DNA of 63,006 nt, filler included, from Nemertoderma westbladi (GCA_032718475.1; 4 parts of 4 records of this genome joined end to end with filler, not necessarily neighbours in it); one strand, 5' to 3'; positions 1 through 13,187 are shown, counted from the whole stretch's first letter. Made by a program: numbers and translations. The notes: generated from the letters alone by a model not told the origin.

Positions 1-2740
1 GTATATATAATTCTGGACTAGAATTAATTACAAGTACCGGTATAATTTCAGCCTAAATTATAGAAATAAAGATAATAGGCCTATCGTAAATACCGGTATG
101 CAGTTTACACTTATAGTGTATATATATAAGTATAATTACAAACTGGAATTAATTACAGAATACCGGTATGATTTCAACCTAAAATTTATAGAAATAAATA
201 TAATAAGCCTATTGTAAATACCGGTATATCAATTATTTTAAATAACTGAATTTCTGAATTTTAAAGGTTACTTGGTTACTTTAACTTACTTTATTGCCGT
301 TAGTTAAGCAGTAGTCCAACTGATATCGAGACCTAATGGTTGTATGGCAGGCCTACTATTTATAAATCGTTAGATTTGATTTATAATATATATATACCCG
401 TTTTAATGGGTTTTGTCAGTGTTTGAAATAAATGTTATTATTTCGGGGGGTAATCACTACACAAAGCGGTACGCTTTCAGTGAAGTGTTACTTATAAGAC
501 ACTAAAACAAATAATGCTAATTTACCTAAGTTACTTAATACTACAAATTACGTACAATTCGGGTGAGATTACGATCTCTAAATAAACACAAAAATTTACA
601 AAAACGCAAAATACGAATTTTTAGGGTGATTTTACAAGAAGTCTACAAACCAGCCTAACAAAGGGTTAGAAATCTGGTTATTACAACGGACAGGGTACTA
701 CGGTATTTGAAAATAATAAGTAGTAGTGAATACACTGCGTTGTCCAGATAGGAAAATACCACCGCCTGATGACCTATAACCGTATCGCTATAGGTTCTAC
801 GTTATGTATCACGGAGTGTTCCTACCTAGAAGTTAATAGAGCTAATCGAACGTGCCTATCAACCACTTTACAACACAAATATAATGCCTACACTAATTAC
901 TTTCGGTAAGCACTGTACACTAAACCCTAAATTAGGTACGAGTACTTGTACAACAGATAATCAGTAGTTAAATATACTTGAACAGCTAAAAGAACCACGG
1001 CATCTGCTGGAGTGACCGGTGCACAAAATCACCAGTCTTTACCTACGCCAAGCAGCCCGTGTAGTACCGGGGTTAATTTAACTATAGCGGTATGTATAAC
1101 AAACACAATTATTGTAGGAACAAACTTGGGGAATGAATGTTGCGGATAATCGCATAAACTCTGAATAATAAATATTACGCTACGCGTACAAACTACTCAA
1201 ACAAAATGCAGACCGAACACTGACAGACTACCATCAAGCCCAAACAAACTACGGTATATGCAGACTCCGAAATAATTAGGTAGTATGCGTTCTAACCCAG
1301 TAGTACGACTTATTCTTTAGTTGGGGGTTTACCTTACAGCATTCGCTGCCCCTACTTCCTAACCGTTCTTTATCGGACAAGTGATCTACACACGCTGCAA
1401 TCCGTTCAGACCTAATAACAGCCAGACAACTATCCAGCCTACAAATTATCTAAATAAAATTATACGCTACCCGTACAGACTTACACAAACAAAGTACAGA
1501 CCAAACGATGGCAGACTACTCTCAAGCCTAAATAAACTACAGGACATGCAGACTCCGAAATAATTAGGTAGTATGCGTTCTAACCCAGTAGTACGACTTA
1601 TTCTTTAATTGGGGGTTTACCTTACAGCATTCGCTGCCCCTACTTCCTAACCGTTCTTTATCGGACAGGTGATCTACACACACTGCAATCCGTTCAGACT
1701 TAACAGCAATCAGACAACAGCTCAGCCTACAAATTGTCTGTACAATCTGATCAGGCTTACACGTCTTCTGTTCAATACTGGCCTACAAACAAATAAAACT
1801 TGACAGAAATAAGTAAAATCTCAATAAAAAACCAGGGCGGCCGTTCCCTGATTAAGTACTAAGACCTACCGGTATACAACAATCAAATCGAATAATACTA
1901 ATGTACTTATACGGGAAGTACCGGTTAGGACAGTTAGGCCTACGGACCTACAGAAGTACCGGTTCTGGCAATTGGACCTATGGGCCTACAGCAGTACCGG
2001 TTCTGGCAGTTGGGCCTACTGACCTACAGAAGTACCGGTTCAAGTTTACCGGTTGACCGGTATTTTCAACTTTATTGCTTACTGCAATAAAGAAGCTATA
2101 TCCTTTAATGTTCGCGCTTTCAGACCTTTGGCAGTTTAACCCGCCAAATTAAGATGTCTTCTAGATATTAAATCGCCTTTTAGCCTATGACAAGTATTTG
2201 ATTCACTACACTAGTCGAAACCAATCTGTGCGCGATCATTCACCCGCTGGATATTCCCGGGAGATTGGGTTCGACGGTTTAATTTTATTGCTATGTAAGC
2301 CTAATGTATTATTCGACTGACAGTATTATATAATCTCTGACAATATTATTCACCTTCGGGAATATTAACAGTTCCTTTAGGACGTGGCGCTTTATCTATA
2401 TAAACAGAGTTATGACTTAAACTACTCACAACGATATGGCTTAATTATAATTCACATATATGGCGCATTCTTTAGGAATTGCTTCTTTAACAGACTCACT
2501 CATACACAATGCTGCACAATACTGCACACTAATCTGCCAATCTTCACTGATTTTAGTCACATATAAAAGGAACACAGACTGACTCATGTAGGGTCTATCA
2601 AATAACATTAGATTCACTTCAAACCACTTTAACATAAGTCACAATCGTTATAGGTAACCTTTTTCGGGGTTATTTCTCGTTATTCCAATATAATAATTCA
2701 TCAACAAATATAATGAATAACCGACAACAAATAGCAGTAT
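1..2740. repeat. Long diverged direct repeat, copy 1 (5' end outside window)
   Basis: Collinear similarity to ~5560-7990, e.g. 301 TAGTTAAGCAGTAGTCCAACTGATAT vs 5867 and 2351 CACCTTCGGGAATATTAACAGTTCC vs 7561. Contains a 288-bp internal tandem duplication (1261 vs 1549) and ~120-bp AT-rich subrepeats at the start. Confidence 0.9.
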
Positions 2741-3217
2741 ACAGTATTGATTGAGCAGGTAATTTTTAGCAGAGTTCGTCAGATAGTTAAAGGATATATG
2801 TCCTTATAATTAAACCTACTAGTGTTGGGCTAAAAGCAGAAAAGCACAAAACACTACAAAGCCGTTCTTTCGTGGCTTTGAAAAACTCGTGACTACTACT
2901 CTATACGAGGATACCAACTACCCTTATTCCACGAAGCTCCCGTTCAACACAGAGAAAGAGCAGTGAGATAGGAAAATTTCAGTTCAGTAGCTCTGTGATA
3001 GGTCAAAATCAAGGCTAACTCAAATTCTATTGGGAGATACAAAAAACAAGGCTATGACGCAACCTTCCTAGGCTGGTTGGCCGATTAAACAGAGCCCAGA
3101 TACCTGCGTACAGCAAATCAGCCAATAAGCTGGTAGCTTGCACTATTTTAGCTATAGATCCCCTTTAGAGTATTCTAGCGACCGGGGGGGAACTGGCCAG
3201 CAAAGCAAACGAACCAG

Positions 3218-4498
3218 TTATACCACAAAAGCTTTTACAACTTCTGCTGCCTTTCTTTCCGCTTCTGCTTCTGCCGCTGCCGCTTTTCTTTCAACTTCTG
3301 CAGCTGCCGCTGCTGCCGCCTTTCGGTCTTCTATACGTTTTTTCTTTACTTGTGCTTCTTGAACCTTAGCGATGCGGATGCTTTCATCAAATTTAGCTTG
3401 GTTCGCAGCTAGCATTTCCGCATCTATTGCGTCCAGCACAAACTTGGCTCCTTCACTATTAGGGCGAAGTCCAGCCAGCCTTCTACTCAACTCTTCGTCA
3501 CCTAGAAATCGTTGACAGTCCGACAGATAGATGTCAATAGCATCCTTCTTCTGCGGTTTCTCTGCTGTCGCTTCGCTTTCCACTTGAGAAAAGGTAGCGT
3601 CTGTTGATTCTCCATGGGTTGAGCGCTCAGCCAGCTGAGATTTCCACTGGGCCGTTCCTTGAACCTTGAGACTCACCCGCTGGAACCAAGTCTTTACGGC
3701 AACTTGCAACGACGTGTCTTGTCTTCTTTTCGAAGCTTCCTCAAAGGCCGATAGGATTAGTCTGATTCTTAGAATTCTTTCTCGAACTTGATAAAGCAGC
3801 TCTCCCTGCTCTTGAGGTCCTTGGGGTTGTTGAAACAGTTGTTCCTCTAATCGCTCCAAAGAGCTGAAGAATCCATGTACATATCCTGCTGCCGACCTCT
3901 TCCACACAGCTGGATCACTAGTGTCTTTTGTCACTCCCATCCTGTGTATGTCTTCCCAGGCAGCTTCCGATAAGTCAAACGGGAGTCTGGGTCCGGGGAA
4001 GTTCCATTGCGACTCGACAATAGACTTCAGTTCCTCCCTTGTGTATCCCGCATAACAGTCCTTGGTCGATCGCTTACTTCTCGCCCAATCAATTTGGTGT
4101 TCCTCCACCGCAATCAATACCCTAGTGAGTACGGCTGCAGGAAGAATGAGAAGGGGATCCGAATAAACCGCATCTGCCATCTTTGCTCCACGCTCAGGTG
4201 TCAGCTCTACAGTATCCGAACTACTGGAGCTATCGGGCCGCTGAGAAATAAGTTCTCGGCTAGGGTGTTGCTGCTGTTTGACAGCTGCTTCTTGATCCCG
4301 CTTGACTTGAGCCCAAGTGCCTATGATAGACCTACGGTGTTGGACTAGCCTAGGGTCTGATACTACTACTGGAGGGATGATCTTTCTTACAGTAGGAGGT
4401 GAGTTGAACTTCGGTCTCAAACGTTCAGCACTCCTATCTGGGTCACAGATGGTTGTATCTAGGAGACTGTCTGACAGGTTTTGCTTTGTGTCAGACAT
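3218..4498 (-). CDS. Orphan 426-aa ORF with an Ala/Glu/Lys-rich, probably coiled-coil C-terminus; possibly an ORF1/gag-like protein of a mobile element
   Basis: Uninterrupted ATG-to-stop ORF, more GC-rich than its flanks, lying between the two long repeats. No motif recognised. Confidence 0.5.
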   Translation of the reverse strand: MSDTKQNLSDSLLDTTICDPDRSAERLRPKFNSPPTVRKIIPPVVVSDPRLVQHRRSIIGTWAQVKRDQEAAVKQQQHPSRELISQRPDSSSSSDTVELTPERGAKMADAVYSDPLLILPAAVLTRVLIAVEEHQIDWARSKRSTKDCYAGYTREELKSIVESQWNFPGPRLPFDLSEAAWEDIHRMGVTKDTSDPAVWKRSAAGYVHGFFSSLERLEEQLFQQPQGPQEQGELLYQVRERILRIRLILSAFEEASKRRQDTSLQVAVKTWFQRVSLKVQGTAQWKSQLAERSTHGESTDATFSQVESEATAEKPQKKDAIDIYLSDCQRFLGDEELSRRLAGLRPNSEGAKFVLDAIDAEMLAANQAKFDESIRIAKVQEAQVKKKRIEDRKAAAAAAAEVERKAAAAEAEAERKAAEVVKAFVV

Positions 4499-4657
4499 GT
4501 TTGTTTGTACAGTTGAATGCCTACTGCTATATTACAGTTAAAGCAAGTCTAGTAATTCAGTATCAACTGTTAGCCTAGTAATTAATTACCGATATCGTTA
4601 CTCTATGTATCGTGATATATATACAATATATTAGAGTACCGGTATACACTTATAGTA

Positions 4658-5551
4658 GTTAAAAAATTCAAAATTTACATGGCAATATAATTATGATCAT
4701 TAAACATTAAATTATTAAAAGTAATTAAAAACAAATAAATAAGTAAACCAGATATTAAAAACGTTAATGCATTTCAAAATCTTCAGAACGTCTGGTTTAA
4801 AAATAATAAAGTAACATTATTGGAAACTCAATAAGGTTTATATAGTTTATGAGATTGACAAAATCTGGGCCCACTTTACAACAATTGGTTCTTAGTTCTA
4901 TTGTTGGCTGTTTAAAGAAGGTTGGTATTTATCTATGAAATGTTGTTCGTAGCCTTCTAATAAGTTTTCATGTCGACAACAGAAGAATGGGGCCACTTTA
5001 AATTGGTTTTCCCCGCAGTTGTGAAAGTGTTTGCTACACCTTAAATGTCTATAACGTTCATTGAGTATTTGGTTTCTGTGGAGATTAATTCGGTGTCTGA
5101 AGTCCATGGTCTGACCAATATAAGTTTCGGGACAGTTCTGACAATACATGACGTATACAACATTGGTGCTTCTGCAGGAAAGTTCGTGTTTAATTTTAAA
5201 AGTTTCCCCATTCTGCATAGTCAGGCTATCTCCCTCGACTAAAATGTCGCAAATGTCACAAAGTGAGTGTTTGCACTTAGTAATGCCAGGTGTAATCACT
5301 TTCTTTTGGCGGCCCAAAATGCTTTTTAGTGAAGGAGGTTGTCTAAACGCACAGATTAGTCTTTTATTTTTCAAATTGTTCCCGATTCTCCCATTCCCCA
5401 CAGATAGTGAGTTGTAGGCCGGTTTTATAATGTTATGAAACGGAATAATAACATTTGGATTATATGTAGTAATGAAAGGGACAATGTCATGGCTGTTTTT
5501 TTTCTTTTTGATTCGAAGTTCAGTTGAGGACGTTTTCCGAATCTTATATAT
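4658..5551 (-). mobile_element. 5'-truncated Penelope-like retroelement
   Basis: Carries a GIY-YIG reading frame and is flanked by the 10-bp direct repeat ACTTATAGTA (4648-4657 and 5552-5561), interrupting the AT-rich subrepeat. Confidence 0.8.
4898..5545 (-). pseudogene. Penelope-type RT C-terminal linker plus GIY-YIG endonuclease (truncated)
   Basis: VPFITTYNP...FRQPPSLKSIL...CKHSLCDIC...CRSTNVVYVMYCQNCPETYIGQT...RINLHR...HF...EQHFI...PSLN. The first residues of the tracked ORF come from flanking DNA. Confidence 0.85.
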
Positions 5552-7990
5552 ACTTATAGTATATATATAAGTATTATTACAAACTAGGTTTGTCACAGAA
5601 TACAGGTATATAATTTCAGCTCAAGTATATATAAATATATAATAAGCCTACTGTGAATACCGGTATACAACTTACACTTATATTATATAAGTATAATTAT
5701 AGACTAGAATTAATTACAGAATACCGGTATATAATTTCAGCTTAAATTTATAGAAATAAATATAATAAGCCTATTGTAAATACCGGTATGTCAATTATTT
5801 TAGAATAATTGAATTTCCGAATTTTTAGGGGTTACTTGGTTACTTTACTTTACTTTATTACCGTTATTTAAGCAGTAGTCCAACTGATATTAAGACCTAA
5901 TTGATGTATAACAGGCCTACTGTTTTATAAATCGGTTTGAGTTGATTTATAATATATATATACCCGAATAATGGGTTTTTGTCAATGTTTGAAATAAATG
6001 TTATTATTTCTGGTAAGGAGTCACTTCACAGAAGCTAAACGCTCTCAGTGGAGTGCTACTTATTGTATTGGACACTAAAACAAATAATTCTAATTTACTA
6101 AGTTACTTATTACTACAAATTATGTACAATTGCGGGGTGAGATTACAATCTCTAAATAAACACAAAAAATTACACGTACAAATTTTAGGGGTAATTTTAC
6201 AAGAAGTCTACAAACCAGCCTAACAAGGGGTTAGAATTTCTGTTTATTACAAATGGACAGGATGCTACAGTATTTGAAAATAATAAAGCAGTAGAAAATA
6301 AATTGCGTTGTCTAGATAGGAAAAATACCACCGTCTGACGACTTATAGCCGTAGCGCTATAAGTACTACGTTATGTACACGGAGTGTTCCTACCTAGAAG
6401 TTAATTACCGCAGCCTACTATAGCTAACGTGCCTATTAACCACTTTACAACACAAATATACTGCCTACACACTAATTACCTTCGGAAAGCACTGTACACT
6501 AAACCCTAAATTAGGTACAAGTACTTATACAACAAATAACCAGCAGTTAAAAATACTTGTACAGCTAAAACAACCACGGTATCTGCCGGAGTGACCAGAG
6601 CATAAAATCACCAGTCTTTACCTACGCCGAACAGCCCTGATGTAGTACCGGGGTTAATTTAACTATAATGGTATGTATAACAAGCACAATTACTGTAGGA
6701 ATAAACTTGGGGGTATGTATGTTCCGAATAATCGCATAAACTCTGAATAATAAATATTACGCTACCCGTACAGACTACACAAACAAAATACAGACCAAAC
6801 TCTCGAAGACTACTATCAAGCCTAAATAAACTACAGTATATGCAGACTCCGAAATGGTTAGTTAGTATGCGTTCTAACCGAGTAGTACGACTTATTCTTT
6901 CGGGGGGGGATTTACCTTACAGCACTGGAAGCCCCCACGTTCCTAACTAGTATTTTATCGGACATACACTCTACACACACTGCAATCTCTACAGACTTAA
7001 CAACAGCCAGACAACAATCCAGCCTACAAATTATTTATACAATCTGAGCAGGCTTACACACCTTCTGCTCAATATTAACTTACAAATAAATAAAACTGAC
7101 AGAAATAAGTAAAATCCCAATAAAAATCAGGCGTCCCCGATTAAATATCAAGACCTACCGGTATATAATTATAAAAATCTAATAATACTGCTGTACCTGT
7201 ACTGCTGTAAGTACCGGTTCGGGTGGTTAGGTAGTCAGGCCTACTGGTTACCGGTCGACCGGTACTTATCGACTTTATTGCCTACGTTGCAATAAAGAAA
7301 GCAATAACTGTTGTTGTTCGCGCTTTTAGACCTTTAGCAGTTTAACCTGCCAAATTTAGGTGTCTTCCAGGTTATAAATCGACTTTAGCCTATAACAAGT
7401 ATTTGATACACATAAAGTTACATTAGCCGAAGCCAGCCTATGCGCGATCATTCACCCACGGTTAAGGGAGACTGGATTCGGATGCTCTGACCTTATTGCG
7501 GTGTAGGCCTACTGTATTATTCGATTGATCGTTAATATATAATCTCTGACAAATATTATTCACTTTCGGGAAATATTAACAGTTCCTTTACGACGTGGCG
7601 CTCTAAGTATGTAAACAGAGTTATGACTTACACTAAACACAACGGGATGGCTTATGATTTACATATAAGGCGCATTCTTTAGGAAATGCTTTGTTATCTA
7701 TCACACTCATGCACACTACCGCACACTGCTGCACACTGATCTGCTGACCTTCACTAATTTTAATCATATATAAGGAGAACAGCAACTGCCACATGTAGGG
7801 TCTATGAAATAGCATTCAATTCACTCCAAAACCACTATAATGTAAGTCGCAATTGCTATATGTAACCGGTCTCTCTAACCTTCAGTATATCAAGAAGATT
7901 GGGGATTTCTGATTATTTATCGATATTCTCCAAATATAACAATATTCCATCAAATGATAACACTTAATAACCGACAGTAAATAGCAGTAA
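5552..7990. repeat. Long diverged direct repeat, copy 2
   Basis: Homologous to 1-2740 and lacks the 288-bp duplication. Patchy similarity continues to ~8240. Confidence 0.9.
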
Positions 7991-9692
7991 AATAATGCGG
8001 TGTTTGTATGTGATCAGGTTTGTATGAGATATGACAGGCTGATTTGCCAGTTTGATAACAGTTATACGTTTCTATGATCAAAGCCGTTCTAATGTTTGGC
8101 TAAAGTCTGAAACACAGAATAATTCCACAGCCGATCTTCTGGGCTCAGGAAAAAAGGTAAACAAAGACCATAATGCATTGCGCGATTTCCCGGAGGCCTC
8201 TGTGCAAGTAAAAGGAAAATCGCTCTGATTGGTCGAGTGAGTGAGCCTGAACAAAGAAAGCCAAAAGCTACACGTCGACATATCAGCTGATAGATGTCGT
8301 CATCTGAACTACACTGTATTAAGAGTATTTTGGTGCATTGCGGCATAAAATTGCTAGTTATGTCCGCTAAAGTACACATACAGAAGAAATGGCTTTTTAT
8401 GTCCACTAAAACACCTGTACAGTAAGGAAACGGCTTTTTATGTCCGCTAAAACACCTACAGAGTACTTTGCGGGAAAAATAACCAGCTAAATCCGCAAAA
8501 GCCTTTACAGACATAGCTTACCCAGTGCGAAAGATCCAGTGCGCGACATAGTGCTTTGCCGACCTCATGGTGATACAAAGCATAGTAGACAGCCCATGAC
8601 TTTCTTGGCGCATTTTAATGATACTTGTAGTGATAGTGGCGTATGGCGTATCCATGGGCGTATCCAGAGTGGGGGTGGGGCAAAGGGGGCAAGTGCCCCA
8701 CCCCAAGATCCCCCCCCCCCCAAAGTGGGAAAAACACCTCGTTAGTATGTGCTGATGCATATATATTTGTGTAGTTGTGTATATGATACCGCTTCAGTTT
8801 ACATGAGCTTAGTAGTTACTTTAGTTCCCTTGTATAATTTTGTGTACACCATATATGTATAATTTTGTGTCCCCCCGGAATTATAATGTCGTAGTTTAGG
8901 TACCGTAGTTACAGTTACAGTTACAGTAGTTACCGTAGTTACAGTACCTCACCACCTCCATCCCATTTATCTAAAAAAAATAGTTAGTGCATGAAATGTG
9001 AAGGAATGATCTGACCTCGGGTCTGAATTCCTGGGACAAAATTGTTATTTTTGCTTTCAATAAAAGTATTAAAAATGTGTCTCCATCGATATTTCAGCAA
9101 TTACTGTACTACTACTAGCAGTTCCAGCAAGGTTGTAGTGTGTCAAAGCTCGGCGTTTGTCATGTGTTATCTCCAGCTGACATTTAATGCTGATACCCTT
9201 AGTTATCTTGTGTAACTTTACCGTAGCTGTTTAGAAATAAACGTAATATTCCAAAATATGGTGTTTATTTTAAAGTTTTTTTAGACTTAAGATATCTATA
9301 ACTATTGACTGCCTAATAAGGTTTTTTGGGGTGCTGATTACAATGAATTATGTTATGGACTTACTCGGATGTGTGAAATTGTTATTTTTTGCACCCAGCA
9401 TGTTGCACGAAAAGTGCTGGTAATGAAAAAATTTCATTTGTTTGTTTTCATGTTTATTTTCATTCAGAAGATGAATTCTCGTCTATAATAGCTGTCTTAC
9501 CATTAGCATTCAACCTTCCTAATAGTTGTTTATAGTTTATTTTATTATACAGTAGGTACCTATTTTTTAAATTTAAAATAAATATCATAGAACAAAGAAT
9601 ATATATACACACAAATAATAAATGAGGATTCCTGAAGGTTTATGTAGATGAAGTGTTTATGTTGTATCCCCTACAGTCGCAGTTTATACCGT

Positions 9693-10056
9693 TTACACAG
9701 ACGTCTCGCTCTGCAACCTCAAAACGAATGTATTCTTACTCGGGTCCGGGGTGGGCAACTCGCGAATCTGAAAGTAAGGTAACCTGGATACCGCGACTAC
9801 TAGTTGGACACCGGAAGCCGAATGTCTGAGGCTAAAGTTAAACCCGCACCGGATGCTGGACAGAACAGATGTACTGGATTCTATAGTCCACTCTTCCTTC
9901 GATTTCATATCGTTCGCGTTACTGATTACAGCTCCGGGACTCAGGTATTCTTCCAGGAAAGCTCGTGGAGTGAAGTCCTGCTCTATGCAGACTGACAGAT
10001 GTTTGAGTATCGCTTCGGTAGAATGGTGATGGTGCTGTCTGGTTGCCCGTAGATAC
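9693..10056 (-). CDS. Vangl: Vang-like/strabismus, exon 5 (last)
   Basis: Acceptor TTACAG|G; encodes YLRATRQ...FTPRAFLEEYL...FVLRLQSETSV*, the Vangl C-terminal PDZ-binding motif. Confidence 0.95.
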
Positions 10057-10145
10057 CTGTAATTGAACAAAATAGTTATTGGCCGGAAATTCATATTTGA
10101 AAAAATTATGGGATTAGTAGTTCGGGTCAATACAGAGTTCGACCT

Positions 10146-13115
10146 GTAGCAGCATGGTAGCAGCATGGTAGCAGCCTGGTAGCAGCCTGATAGCAGCCTG
10201 GTAGCAGCCTGGTAGCAGCCTGATAGCAGCCTGGTAGCAGCCAGGTAGCAGCTGGGTAGCAGCCTGGTAGCAGCCTGGTAGCAGCATGGTAGCAGCCTGG
10301 TAGCAGCCTGGTAGCAGCCTGGTAGCAAAAGGGTAGCAGATTGGTAGCAGCCTGGTAGCAGTCTGGTAGCAGCTGGGTAGCAGCCTGGTAGCAGCAACCT
10401 GGTAGCAGTCTGGTAGCAGCCTGATAGCAGCCTGGTAGCAGCTGGGTAGCAGCCTGGTAGCAGCCTGGTAGCAGCCTGGTAGCAGCCTGGTAGCAGCTGG
10501 GTAGCAGCCTGGCAGCAGCCTGGTAGCAGCCTGGTAGCTGTCTGGTAGCAGCTGGGTAGCATCCTGGTAGCAGCCTGGTAGCAGCCTGGTAGCAGCCTGG
10601 TAGCAGCTGGGTAGCAGCCTGGTAGCAGCCTGGTAGCAGCACGGTAGCAGCCTGGTAGCAGCCAGGTAGCAGCCTGGTAGCAGCACGGTAGCATCCAGGT
10701 AGCAGCCTGGTAGCAGCACGGTAGCAGCCTGGTAGCAGCCTGGTAGCAACCTGGTAGCAACCTGGTAGCAGCCAGGTAGCAGCCTGGTAGCAGCACGGCA
10801 GCAGCCTGGTAGCAACCTGGTAGCAGCCTGGTAGCAGCCTGGTAGCAGCCTGGTAGCAGCCTGGTAGCAGCCAGGTAGCAGCCTGGTAGCAGCCTGGTAG
10901 CAGCCAGGTAGCAGCCTGGTAGCAGCTGGGTAGCAGCCTGGTAGCAGCCTGGTAGCAGCCAGGTAGCAGCCAGGTAGCAGCCTGGTAGCAGCCTGGTAGC
11001 AGCCAGGTAGCAGCCTGGTAGCAGCTGGCTAGCAGCACGGTAGCATCCAGGTAGCAGCCTGGTAGCAGCACGGTAGCAGCCTGGTAGCAGACTGGTAGCA
11101 ACCTGGTAGCAACCTGGTAGCAGCACGGTAGCAGCCTGGTAGCAGCACGGTAGCAGCCTGGTAGCAGCCTGGTAGCAGCCTGGTGGCAGCCTGGTAGCAG
11201 CCTGGTAGCAGCCTGGTAGCAGCCTGGTAGCAGCTGGGTAGCAGCCTGGTAGCAGCCTGGTAGCAGCTGGGTAGCAGCCTGGTAGTAGCTGGGTAGCAGC
11301 CTAGTAGCAGCCTGGTAGCAGCCTAGTAGCAGCCAGGTAGCAGCCTGGTAGCAGCCTGGTAGCAGCCTGGTAGCAGCCTGGTAGCAACCTGGTAGCAGCC
11401 AGGTAGCAGCCTGGTAGCAGCACGGCAGCAGCCTGGTAGCAACCTGGTAGCAGCCTGGTAGCAGCCTGGTAGCAGCCTGGTAGCAGCCTGGTAGCAGCCT
11501 GGTAGCAGCCAGGTAGCAGCCTGGTAGCAGCCTGGTAGCAGCCAGGTAGCAGCCTGGTAGCAGCTGGGTAGCAGCCTGGTAGCAGCTGGCTAGCAGCACG
11601 GTAGCATCCAGGTAGCAGCCTGGTAGCAGCACGGTAGCAGCCTGGTAGCAGCCTGGTAGCAACCTGGTAGCAACCTGGTAGCAGCACGGTAGCAGCCTGG
11701 TAGCAGCACGGTAGCAGCCTGGTAGCAGCCTGGTAGCAGCCAGGTAGCAGCCTGGTAGCAGCACGGTAGCAGCCTGGTAGCAGCCTGGTAGCAGCCTGGT
11801 AGCAGCCTGGTAGCAGCTGGTAGCAACCTGGTAGCAGCCAGGTAGCAGCCTGGTAGCAGCACGGCAGCAGCCTGGTAGCAACCTGGTAGCAGCCTGGTAG
11901 CAGCCTGGTAGCAGCCTGGTAGCAGCCTGGTAGCAGCAAGGTAGCAGCCAGGAGGCAGCCTGGTAGCAGCCTGGTAGCAGCCAGGTAGCAGCCTGGTAGC
12001 AGCTGGGTAGCAGCCTGGTAGCAGCCTGGTAGCAGCTGGGTAGCAGCCTGGTAGCAGCTGGGTAGCAGCCTGGTAGCAGCCTGGTAGCAGCCTGGTAGCA
12101 GCCTGGTAGCAGCTGGGTAGCAGCCTGGTAGCAGCCTAGTAGCAGCCAGGTAGCAGCCTGGTAGCCGCCTGGTAGCAGCCTGGTAGCAGCCTGGTAGCAA
12201 CCTGGTAGCAGCCAGGTAGCAGCCTGGTAGCAGCACGGCAGCAGCCTGGTAGCAACCTGGTAGCAGCCTGGTAGCAGCCTGGTAGCAGCCTGGTAGCAGC
12301 CTGGTAGCAGCCTGGTAGCAGCCAGGTAGCAGCCTGGTAGCAGCCTGGTAGCAGCTGGGTAGCAGCCTGGTAGCAGCCTGGTAGCAGCTGGGTAGCAGCC
12401 TGGTAGTAGCTGGGTAGCAGCCTAGTAGCAGCCTGGTAGCAACCTGGTAGCAGCCAGGTAGCAGCCTGGTAGCAGCACGGCAGCAGCCTGGTAGCAACCT
12501 GGTAGCAGCCTGGTAGCAGCTAGGTAGCAGCCTGGTAGCAGCCTGGTAGCAGCCTGGTAGCAGCCTGGTAGCAGCCTGGTAGCAGCTGGGTAGCAGCCTG
12601 GTAGTAGCTGGGTAGCAGCCTAGTAGCAGCCTGGTAGCAGCCTAGTAGCAGCTGGGTAGCAGCCTGGTAGCAACCTGGTAGCAACCTGGTAGCAACCTGG
12701 TAGCAGCCTGGTCGCAGCCTAGTAGCAGCCTGGTAGCAGCCTGGTAGCAACCTGGTAGCAACCTGGTAGCAGCATGGTAGCAGCCTGGTAGCAGCTGGGT
12801 AGCAGTCTGGTAGCAGCTGGGTAGCAGCCTGGTAGCAACCTGGTAGCAGCATGGTAGCAGCCTGGTAGCAGCCTGGTAGCAGCTGGGTAGCAGCCTGGTA
12901 GCAGCTGGGTAACAGCCTGGTAGCAGCTTGATAGCAGCCTGGTAACAGCTGGGTAGCAGCCTGGTAGCAACCTGGTAGCAACCTGGTAGCAACCTGGTAG
13001 CAACCTGGTAGCAGCCTGGTAGCAGCATGGTAGCAGCCTGGTAGCAGCTGGGTAGCAGCCTGGTAGCAGCCTGGTAGCACCCTGGTAGCAACATGTTAGC
13101 AGCCTGGTAGCAGCC
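10146..13115. repeat. 11-bp tandem satellite (GGTAGCAGCCT)n, ~270 copies, in Vangl intron 4
   Basis: Read directly; explains the LLPGCYQAATR ORFs. Confidence 0.98.
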
Positions 13116-13187
13116 CCAATATGAATGTCTAGAAATGGTTTGCCAGCCGCCACTCGCCACTCAAACCAGAGCGTCGTCTCCAACCAC

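Noticed and set aside
2441-2635. Homologous short ORFs in the two long repeats (also 7633-7815)
   Set aside because: Starts and stops differ, many changes are non-synonymous and there is no motif; similarity follows from the DNA repeat.
1-7990. Standard LTR retrotransposon interpretation
   Set aside because: No TG..CA termini, PBS, PPT or pol gene was seen.
10114-13183. Long LLPGCYQAATR ORFs as real proteins
   Set aside because: They are translations of an 11-bp satellite inside a Vangl intron.
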